A stretch of DNA of 64,000 bases from Amoebophrya sp. A120 (taxonomy: Eukaryota > Protista > Dinoflagellata), in contig CAJINV010000018.1 of the NCBI GenBank assembly GCA_905178155.1, positions 600,609 through 664,608 on the forward strand, in the 5' to 3' direction. Under the pieces are notes generated by a model, which made no database searches, was not told where the DNA came from, and was given only the letters and a program-made list of their open reading frames with translations. A program made the translations under genes and the position numbers. Each line of letters begins with the position of its first letter. Position 1 is the stretch's first letter. Positions 47,915-58,800 of this stretch are shown here, one piece after another.

Positions 47915-49307
47915 TTTCTTGGACAAGTGTTGGATGCCAGCACGACCACGTGGGTGTGGAGCTCCAGCTGGGTTATTTCAGCGGTAGAAACGTCGTAATT
48001 TGCAGCTCATAGCAAATTTTTTGTTCATCTTTGTTTGACTTTCCTTCAAACGAAACTAAGCATAAGCAGCACGACGACAACTTTATTTTTCAGAACTTAC
48101 AACTACTGGGTGCAGCGGCCTGTTTCATCTACAAGTAGATCTTCTAGTACCGACAAACTCGATGTAAAAAATTGTTGATCTTGAAGATTCGTGATGTAGA
48201 TGTTTATTAATACAATAGTTGTACAGGAGAAACCTGTTTACTGACAGACGAATTGTACGAGCCTCAGCACCACGCACAGTATCAGACAAAAATCATGGAA
48301 CTGCCTGGGAGCAGAGGGCGAAAAAAAGAAAAGAAGAGCCTTCACTTCAGCGGTCAGTCGGTTGCGGTTCATACACATTGAAAAACAATAAAGAGCAGAT
48401 CCTCATGATTGGTACTGGAATCAAAGGAGATCAGCAGGTTGATCACAAGGAAAATTGCGTCTCCACGATGTCCAACACATATGTAAATTGAACAGGATGT
48501 AGTTGGCGAAGATCGTACTTCTTGTGGATATGGATCCCAGCACTCCGCAATAGAAACTGCTCTGCACGACCGCTACATGGGTGAGTGAAAGAAAAAAAAA
48601 CGAACTACGGCAAGAACAGGCCTTCAAGCTGTAAACTAGACGTCCTCTTCAGGTGTGACACGAGCATGTTGAGTTCTATGTGATTGTTTCCTTTTGTGGA
48701 GCGCAATTGTTGTTCACGTTTATTACCAAGCCAAAATTTCAGTTCGTATTGTACAAAGTTCAGCGACAAGTTCTTTACTTTTTTCCCGGAGCAGACGAAT
48801 TATTCCAAAAAGCGCCAACGGTGATGCGAGCTGCGAGTCCTCCATTGTTCGTCGTGATGATGTGCTTTTCTGTACAGAGGACCACTCGTCTACTTCACTA
48901 CTGGCGATCCGTTAGCCAGCACTAACAATGAAGTAGCTCCTCACAGCACAACAAGATCATGCAGCGACTCATCTACTACAGGAAAGGCAAAGGCATGGGC
49001 TTTTCCTTTTCTCCTCCTGTTTTCGTGACTGTGAGAGCCACGCGTGCCTGCGAAACGAGCCTTACAACTGTAGTACATTGTCTGCTCGCAACACGCTGCG
49101 CCACGCCTGCATCAAACAAACTGGTATAAAAATGTAAATGAGATTAAGACTTCTATCGGCATCGACATGAAATGACGCGAAACGCAAACTGGTAGAAAAA
49201 TTATGAACGAACTAGTGCAAGTTCTTTCGATAACGATATCTGGATCATCTGAAATAGACGCAAACTGGTAATAGTAAATAAGCAGGAAATTGATCATATT
49301 GATCAAG

Positions 49308-49559
49308 TATCAAATGTAAAAGTGTCTGGGTCTGGAAGAAAGCATGTTTGTCATGCTTGTCTGGCATGACTCTTAAATCTGTCATGCACGTTGCCCAAGA
49401 GCCGCTTTTTTCTTTCATGCGGAGACGCAATTTGTCATGCAGAATAGGCAACACCTACAAGCTCAGAAGTTTGTCATGCTGAGCCAGCACTTGTGGCCTC
49501 CTCATGCTACGCCACTCAGCATCAGAAGTTTCCAGACCCAGACATTTTTACATTTGATA
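49308..49559. mobile_element. Introner family B outside the CDS (probable 3' UTR)
   Basis: DR TCAAG; about 20 bp downstream of the stop at 49581. Confidence 0.88.
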
Positions 49560-49580
49560 TCAAGACGACTATGTTGACTA

Positions 49581-50960
49581 TCACGCCACGGACGCTGACT
49601 TCGCTAGCCGCTTCTTCTTCTCGGCATTCCGCTTTTCGAGTGCCCTTTTGGCGTCTGGGAGCTAGTATCCTGTGTAAAAACCAACGCACCCACCTCCCCA
49701 GAGTCAAGATGGGGATTTTTTTTTGCTACCCAAACCAACGGCTGTTGCGCATGACAAGTTCTAGTCTTGTTGGCTCGCAGTGTCATCCTGCTATGCTAGC
49801 AGGGCAGCAGCTGCAGCACATCAAATCGGCCATCTCAGCCTGATTCTAGCATGACGAGCTCCTAGATAGCAATAGAAAATCGTCCTCATACTAGGCGGCC
49901 TGCGCATGATGAGAAACGTTTGAGGCTTGCGCTTGCGCATGGAGATTTTGATTTGCGTGACAGGTCTGGGGCGGGGACGTTTTTACATCGGATAAGTAGT
50001 CTTGCTTCATCACGCGGAGCTCTTCGAAGAGGTCGGGCGGATACTTCAGGTTATGCATTGCAAATGCGTCTGGGTCTGAGAATAAAGTCACGACTTGGAT
50101 TGCTAGACTTGCATTCCCGTACAAAAAATTTGTATATTGCAGCATGACCGACAACACGCGACTTATATGATTGTCATGCAACATTGCGGTTTGTAAAAAT
50201 GCGCGTTACAACGCTTGACCATGACGACCTGGAGACAGTAGCAGCGCCAAAAAACTTTGCCATGCTTGACTGCATGAAGTAGAAGCGTCTTGGTCATGCC
50301 GAACTCAGCAACACAACTTTGCAGACCTAGACATAGGTCATGCCGAACTCAGCAACACAACTTTGCAGACCCAGACATTACATTTGCAAGGGATATAAGT
50401 ACAGGGCACGCGACGCCTTTTCTGTGTGCTTGAAGAGCGGCGGATTGATGTTGATGGGCGGGGGTCCGATTGCAGGCGGCAATGGTTCGGGGCCCATCGG
50501 CTTCGCCGTGTCCGGGGGTGCACTATGCATTGCAAAAGTTCATCTCCCGTCGCACAACGTAGTTTTTTTTCATGGCCACGGATAAGAAAATCGCATCGGA
50601 CCCGGCTTCCAGCACAGATTCAAATACTTAAAATGCGCTGCATTTATTTTGGAAATTTCGACGTGCGGGAACAAAGAAGCTACGAACAGCACGAAACCTA
50701 AACTTTTGCAGAGGATAGGGATCCTTGCCGTCCAATTTGGCCAATGCCTCCACTTCCGCACGGTCTGCAGCTCGGTTCTCCTTGGTTTTGTGGTAGTGCT
50801 TGATCTTTTGCCGGTGAAAGTAGATGGGGTAGAGGTGCTTCTCCCGTTGTATGTTGTGGCCGACCATCCAATCCTTGTGCTGCTGGCCCATTTTCTCCGG
50901 ATCCGGTGGGGCGACGTCTGTGGTGGTCGTGTTGATTTTTATCTTGGTTTTCTTCTTCAT
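49581..50960 (-). CDS. Hypothetical basic/proline-rich protein (at least 165 aa), 3 introners
   Basis: MKKKTKIK...LDGKDP|PPDTAKP...ALYL|KYPPDLFEELRVMKQDY|FPDAKRALEKR...SVA* after removing 50524, 50052 and 49666. The start may lie further upstream. Confidence 0.55.
49666..49994. mobile_element. Introner family F
   Basis: DR GCTAG/AGTAG. Confidence 0.8.
50052..50395. mobile_element. Introner family B with an internal tandem duplication of about 44 bp
   Basis: DR CAGGT/TAAGT. Confidence 0.78.
50524..50717. mobile_element. Introner, unclassified
   Basis: TATGCATTGCAAAAGTT...AACTTTTGCAGAGGATA; DR eroded; element+5 restores the frame. Confidence 0.7.
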
Positions 50961-52320
50961 CTCGAAAACGTACCTTCCTAGGAGGTAGAGGACTATCCCT
51001 ATCCTTAAACATTGATCACGTCTTCTGATAGGATCTTTTTCACACTACAAGGGTTAAGTAAGAGTCAGGAGTCTCAGTTGCGCAATCATATACAGCTGTT
51101 GAGCGACTACATTACTTCTACACGTACCCTCTGGCTGTGCGTGCCACCTGTACAACTCCCTGCCGCGGTATCCCATTGCAAACGGTTTGCCGCCCGCGCT
51201 TGATGTGGTCTTGTTCTTCGCATTTTCAAGAAAACACGAACATTACACGAGTTCACTTCAAGTCGATTTTGAGAACGGCAACATAGAACATCTGCAAAAG
51301 ACAGAGTTGTGCAGGCAGAGTTATTTCAGATTCAGGCTCCTGGTCCTCTTGAAAAAAATGCAAATGGCATGCATTATAAGTAGCAACAATCATGACATTC
51401 ATCAAAAACGACAACGAGACTTGGAAAACGCCCAAACTGTACATTGATGAACAACAACTTCAAAATTGGAGATCGCCTCCCCGTGAAGCTGCGAAGAAAC
51501 AACAACCACATCAGCACGGTGACATACTTTATTGTACTGTGATAAATCTTGAACCGGTCCTCTCCAGGTCTTGTAGCTCCTTGGTGGCATAAGGGCCCGC
51601 GCTTGCTGCCACGCGTTCAGCGTGGCTGGCTTGAGGTACCTCATAGATTTACAACGGGGGTGGGTTGTATGTTCGCTTCATCATCACATCAACACAGAAA
51701 CGACGGCGCGGTCACCAGATCGTAGTACTAGAAGCGATTTGATGCCGCGTTCGTATAGATGACAGTATTTCACTGTATCTGATAATCTAGCATGCATGGT
51801 TTATCTTGTAGAGATGATGCTGCATTAGCATCAGCGGGTGCTCCACCTCCTGCTCAGCTTGCTCATGCTCACGCAACTTGTCATGCTCATCTTGCTTCAC
51901 CACGACCCGCACGAGCTTCTTACATAGCAGAAAAATAGCGGTCGTAGTGGACTTCTGACAAGGAAGTGATGCAAGAATTTTCGTGTAGTTCAACAACTGA
52001 AACCAAATGCAAAAAAGCAACATTTCATCAACATTTCAGTACTGGTTTTGCATGAACGCCCTTCCTCCCGGATCCGCGACGAGGCCGCGCTTCCCGCCTT
52101 GCGACTCCTTAACAACAGGAATGCACGGGAAATCTTTCATCTTCACGACAGAAACACCAACATGATTTCCATGCTACAGCACGACGCTAACGCTAAGGTT
52201 GTCTTGGTAGTGATTTGGACCAACTTTTTATCGGCCAAGAAAATCGAAAAAAAATCCGGTGGCGCGGCGAAACTGTAGAGGCCAGAGCCAACCAACCTAA
52301 GGGGGGCGATTCCCGATTCC

Positions 52321-52846
52321 CGAATTTTGCATTGCTCAAAATCGATTTTGCATTCCCGCAGACGCGGATTGCACAAAATCGATTTTGCATGATTGCACGA
52401 AACCGAATCCCGCAAAATCGATTTTGCATTGCACAAAATCGATTTTGCGTTGCACAAAACCGAAGCCCGATTTTGCATTGCACAAAATCGATTTTGCATT
52501 GCACAAAACCGAATGCCGCAAAATCGATCTTGCATTGCACAAAATCGATTTTGCATTGCACAAAACCGAATGCCGCAAAATCGATCTTGCATTGCACAAA
52601 ATCGATTTTGCATTGGACAAGATCGATTTTGCATTGCACAAAACCTAGTCCCGATTTTGCATTGCACAAAATAGATTTTGCATTCCCTCAGACGCGGATT
52701 GCACAAAATCGATTTTGCATATGCACAAAACCGAATCCCGCAAAATCGATTTCGCATTGCACAAAATCGATTTTGCATTGCACAAAACCGAATCCCGCAA
52801 AATCGATTTTGCATTGCACAAAATCGATTTTGCATTGCACAAAACC
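52321..52846. repeat. Tandem array of about 21-bp self-complementary units TGCACAAAATCGATTTTGCAT with AACCGAAT(C/G)CCGC variants
   Basis: Directly visible. It continues at 60056-60220 and as dispersed copies to about 62420. Confidence 0.9.
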
Positions 52847-55800
52847 ACATCACGGTCTGCTGAGCGCGGCGGCGGACGTCGCGGCAGCGGTGCACACGGT
52901 GACAGAAGCGGTAGACAGCGTGTCCACCCGGTTCAGTGACCTCGTCAACCCTCCGGCAAGGCTAAAGGGAAAAGGGACAAAAGCCACAGGCCGGGCGGCG
53001 GCACAAGGAGCCGGCGGCCGCGAGACAGAACGACAGGCGTCGCAAAGAAGAGCAGGCCAAAGAGAGGAGCAGAGGCACGAGCCGCCCGCGAGGCCGGCGC
53101 AGGAGGGGGAAAAAAAAGAGAAACAAAACGCCGAGGCTTCACCCCAGCAACACACTGAGGGGCGTAAGCACCGCCTTCGTACAGGTGGAGGACGAGGACG
53201 ACATCATGTGGACACGCACCCACAGGAACGGCGCCGTCGACCTGATGCCGGGGGAGAGCAAGCGGAGCCTCGTCAACAGAGGCGTCTTGACAGAGCAACA
53301 GGTCCGTGAGCGCTTCTACGGCGAAGACAGCCCGGAAGCAATTGCGGGGAGGCAAAGGCTCGCGCAGCGGGAACAGAGGCAACAGCAGCCGAACGCGGGG
53401 GCAACGAGCAGCAGCAGCAGCAGCAGCAGCAGGAAGGCACGCCCAGCGCCGTCCCAGGACGAACAGGCGAAGGAAGACAGCACGGACGCGTGGGGCAGGC
53501 CACTAACAGTGCCCTGCAGCCATCGCTTCGACAAGACGACGGAACTTCTCTGCCACGACATCACGCCGGAGAAAGGGACACCGGACAAGCGATACGAGTG
53601 CACGATCTGCCGGGAAGATCCAAACGCAAACGCCAACAGGGTCTACCAGGTCGGGCGGGTCAACGCTCTGAAGGGCATGCTGAGCCATGCCGCAGAAGAG
53701 CACCCGGAAGTCACGCGCGTGATGTTGCCAGCGTACCCGCGGGGGGTACACACCGGCGGGGGCCCGGCGCAGATGTCCCACTACAAGGTGGGCTACGTCC
53801 AGGAGGCGCCACGAGAGGTGGCGTTAGACTTCGCCATTCCGGACCTCCCACCCCGAACCGACTGGGCCGGAGAGGTAGGAGTGCAGTGGAACTGCCAGAG
53901 CGTCCGTTCAGAAAAAGCAAAAGCAGCAAAAGCGCCAGGCCTGCGGAGGTTGGTCCGGGGAGTAGACAGCTCCCTCATCTTCCTGCAGGAGCACTGGTGC
54001 GAAACGGAAGAAGAGTTTGGCGAGTTCGTGCGCTTGTTGGGGGACGAGTTCGTGTTGGTATCGTTCTCCCCCGCAACGTCAGGCAGCGGCGGAAACGCGA
54101 CATACGGGGGCGCCGCCGTCGTAGCGCACAAAAACGTAAAGGCAGAAGACGCGAAGGACGGCTTTCAGTGGAACACGAAAGAAGGAGGCCGGCACAACCT
54201 AGCAGCCGCACACGTCTACAGTGGCACAGCGAAGAACGCAGCACTCACAGGCGCAGCAGTGTACACCGCCCCCGGGGCGAAGGGACTGCCACTGCCGAAG
54301 GGCAAGAACGGGGACGAAGTCTTTCTCAGCTGGGACGTCAACGGCCACAGAACAGCTGTTTTTCCACCGGCGGAGCGGGACGACCAAAGAGGTAGCGACG
54401 TGGAACAGTTCGCATTAGACCAAGGCCTCGCGACATTCGCGAACCGGGAGACGCCAACGCGACCCAGCTCGGAAACCAGTCCCGACTGGCTTTTGATGTC
54501 TGACTCACTAGCAGCGCGGGCATATGCAGTGCAGCCAAACGGACCGGCAGTAGTACCACTAGCGAGCGACCACAGCGCGCTGGTGTTCTGCATCCCGCAA
54601 CCGGCGGCGAGGACAGGAGCCCAGGGGGCAACAAGCAGCAGCACGAGCAGCGCCGCGGGCAGCGGCTCCGCACACCAGGCAGGGAAAGCAGAAGGAGTGG
54701 CAGACGCGGGACACAGCAGTGCAACAGGCAGAAAAGGGCCAGGCGGTTTCCTCTTCGGAGGGGGCGGCATAGCAGGCGCGCAAGGCCGGAAGCAAGGCGC
54801 AGCTCCGTCGAAAACGAGCGGAGCGGCACGCAGGAGGCAGAGAAAGGAAAAGAGGGCGCAAGCACGCAAGGCGTCCGAGCCCCGGGGTTTTCGGCTAGGG
54901 AAGTGGGTCACCAGCTGGGCCGCCGCAGTTCCGCTGGTTCAGTCGTTCTTCGCGGGCCCGCAACCACCAACACCGGCCCACCTTCAGTCCCTTTCGGAGG
55001 AAAAGGAGACAGTGGCAAAGCGAAAGCAGACGAAGCTGGTGTTCGAGCGAGCCGATTGGGACCTGTACCGCGAGGAGTTCACGAATTTCCTAACCGCCAA
55101 CGCGCCGACAGAGGAGACGCCGCTGACCAAGCAGGCCGAGTTCTTTCGCAAAGCAGTAGTAACGGCGACCGCCAAGGCCGTTCCGAGGGTCTCGGTGAAC
55201 CCCAAGAAAGTGAGGCCACGGAGGAAGCACCACGAGCCCACGGAACTCGAGGCCGCAATCGTTCGCCGAAACGAATGCGCCCGTCGGGCCCACGCAGCAC
55301 AGACCGGGGACGAGCGAGCCCGCTGGCAGAAGGAGACGAAGCTAGCAACCAGGGCCGTGCGGGCAGCAGAGAACGAGAGGCGGCGCAAACAGTTCCGGGA
55401 GAAAGCAGAGAAGGCGCAGGCAACAACGAGCGGCGCTTTCCAGCTGTTGCGGGAACTCGAAGCGGGCGGCAGACCGGTCACGGGGGCGGCCAAAGTGCTA
55501 AAGTTCGAGGGCGAGTCCCATGCCACAGGGCTGCCGACGGTCTTCGCAAAACACTACGCCTCCTTGCCGACGTTGGACGAAGCAGAGGAGCAGACCGCGA
55601 AAAGAGAAGCCGAGAAAATCTTCAGCACGGAGATAAAGCCAAGCACACGGATCGAGTTCACGCTCGACGAGGTAGAAGCAGCACTGGTCTCGCAGTCGTC
55701 AACGTCGGCGGGGGGCCCAGACGGGCTGAAGGGGCCACAGTTTAAGAACTTGCCCACAGCAGGAAAAAAGTTTCTTCGCGGTTTTTTCTCCGACTGTGTG

Positions 55801-58800
55801 AACACAGGAGGAACGCCGCAAACGTTGAAACGGGAGCTGCTGAAGCCACTGCTGAAACCATCGAAGCCGGTCGACAAACCGAGTTCCTACCGACCAGTAG
55901 CCTTGACGCCAATCTTGGCCAAGTTGTTAGAGCGTTGCGTGCAAAGCCGCACCCGGCTCCTGTTTGCACAAGCAGGAACCCCCGCGCGCTCCCACCTGCA
56001 GTACGGCGATTGCAAGCACCGAGGGGCGGCGGAACATGTCGCTACGCTCTCCGCGAGGGCACAGAAGACATTCCGCGCCGGCAAGCGTAGGGCCTTGGTG
56101 CTGATCGACCTAGAAACCGCTTTCGACCGGGTGAACCGGCACAAGTACGCGCGGCACGCGCTAAAGAACGGCGCGCGCCTCCCGGAGGACAAACGAGCAG
56201 AGCACGCGTTGTTAGTCAGGTGGACGCGGAACTTTTGCGGCGACCGCACCAGGGTCGTCGAATACGCAGGAGGGCGAAGCCAGGTGCACAAAATCCCGCA
56301 AGGAGTTCCACAGGGGACGGTCATCGGGCCCACAGTCTTCTGCGACTTTTTCGAGCTCGCGGAAGTATTGGAGGGCACGGGGTGTGAGGTCTTCTTGTAC
56401 ATGGACGACCTCGCAATCTCGGTCGAGTACGATGATCCCGAAGAAGCAGAGAGAAAGCTACAGGCGGCGCTGGACCGGTTACACGACTGGCGCCGGCGGA
56501 ACAACATGTCGCTTTCGCCCACGAAGTGCACGCTCACGGTGCTCCAGCGGGTTTTCCAACAAGAGGAGAAGGAGCTGAAGCTGTACACGCACAGCGAAGT
56601 AGGCACCGAGCTGCCGTATGAGTCGCATCCAAAATTCCTAGGCATCACGCTAGACCGCGAAATGAGATTTCGCAAGCACACCGAGAAAATGCTAGGAAAG
56701 TTGCGGCGCCGCATGGTAGCGGTGCGGGCACTCGCGCGGCTCCCGTGGACACGCACAGCAGATGTGCGAGTCTTCTACCGTTTATTCTGTGAGAGCTTAT
56801 TTCGGTATGGCCTCGGCTCGTACTACTTCGCACTGCCACAAAAGTGCAAACAGGAGCTCGACAGGTTCCACAAGCAGGCGGCCAGGAGCATACTAGGGCT
56901 CCCGAGGACAACGAACGGCGACTGTGCATTGCATGAGGCAGGTCTCCAACCACTCGAAAACCTGGCAAAAGAAGAAGCTGCCGCGCTGCTAGCGCGTGGC
57001 ATGTCGAGGGAGAAAACGGACCCGCTGCGAGAGCAGGTTGAAGCGGCAGCGGGGCAGGTCGACTGGGTGACGGCGGCAGCCGACGCGCTACGGGCTTCGG
57101 CGCTACCGGAGGGGTGTGAGGTTCTAGCGGAACCCGGGGCACTCCCGCAGAACGGCCTGAGCACAGTACACGCCGCAAAAGAAGCCGGGAGGCTAACGGT
57201 CCGCACAACCGGAACGACGGACGAGGAGTTGCGACAACTCACCACAGCGGCAGACGTCTCGCTGTACACAGACGGTTCGGCCAAGGACTTCCAATGTGCC
57301 GCGGCCGTAGTCGAAGACGCGCGGGACAGGTACAAGGAGTACGGCTGGGCAACAACGTCCTACGGGGACTCGTTCGATGCGGAGCGCGCAGCCCTGCTGG
57401 GGGCCCTGGCCACCGTAGCAGAGAGACCCGCAGGGGAAGTCCGCACGGCGGTCGTGGTCACGGACTCGCAGTCCAATCTCGAGGCGCTCCAAAACCCAAG
57501 AATTCGCGACGGCAGTGACCTGCTGCTCTACGAAACGTTGCGGGACGCACTTGAGAAACTAGGACCGACGGGACACCTGTCGCTGGTGTTCACAAAGTCG
57601 CACAGGAAGGTCGTGGACGGCAACGAGGTCGCGGACAAGCTCGCGACCATGGCCAGGGAGCAAACCGACTTCACCGGAGTCGGTGCAAGGGTCACGCACA
57701 GGCAGGCCAAGCGGGAGGTCGCGAGGTCCCTGCGGCAACAGAAAAAGAAGGAGCTGCAGGACAAGGGAAAACAGCCAGGAGGGTCGAAAACCTGCATGAC
57801 ACTCCGCCAGGTGTCCAACTTCGCGGCCAACCCGGTCGACAGCGTGGCGCACGCGACGAGAGCGGACGAAGTCGCCTACAACGCGGCAAGGATGGGCCTG
57901 CTGGTTTCGGACATAACCGGAAGAGACTACGCGTGCCCGTTTTGTCAGGGGAGAACACAGAACCCACCGGCAGCAACGACGGCGCACTTAGTGCAGGAGT
58001 GTCCGGCCCTGCAACACCTCCGGGTGGCAGACCCGTCCAACCCGGGCGCATTCCGGTCCGCGGCGTTGCAGGAGGACCCGTGTTGGGGCATCGAGTTCAT
58101 CAGGTTGCTGCGGCGCGCGCTACAACCGGGCGGGGAGCTCGATGACGATGCAGACTGGGACAGCGACACCGAGGGCGAAGAGCAGCGGCACAGTATCGGG
58201 GGGAGCGGTGCGGGCGAGTTTTTCAGCGCAAACAAAGCGCCACCAGGACTCCGCCCACTGCTTCCTCCCTCCCAAACATACTACCGCGGGCGCGGGGTTG
58301 TCGAGGAGGCGTGGGGGGGTCCTGACCGGTATTCTTATAGTGATTGTTGCTTGCCTACCATGACTACGAGTAGGAATGAAGGCTGTCATGAGTTCACCCC
58401 AGATCTGCAGGATCCTTTCCTCCCCGCTCAACATGTCACTGCACAGAGCCGGCACCACCAGTCCTGTTCCCCGCCCCGAACCTCATCTGCAGAAAACTCA
58501 TCGCAAGCTGACTCGCGACCAAGATCCCCCTCCACGGTCCAGCCGGAGGCCGCGCCCAACCTTCACCGCCAAGAGGTTTATCCAGCCACCAGCTGGGTGT
58601 GTGGACGCTCGGTACCGCCGGAGCAACGAACCCCTACGAACCTACGCGAGACACCGACCCGGGCACCTCCAGGTGGGGGGTGCCCGAACAGGTATAGTCA
58701 TAGTTCCTGTGTCGCGCATGGCTTGTTCGAGTTTCACACACCACAGTGCTCCCGTTTGGCTGTCGTTGCTTCCCCACCGACCACACAGGTCTACCACCAG

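Noticed and set aside
4318-50717. A required G at position 4 of the downstream repeat (NG acceptor)
   Set aside because: Present in only about 18 of 58 copies, close to background G content.
52321-52846. Repeat array as a CRISPR array or as repetitive proteins (ORFs 52143..52895, 52193..52669 etc.)
   Set aside because: Tandem units without unique spacers, no cas genes and a eukaryotic context; the ORFs are by-products of the repeat.
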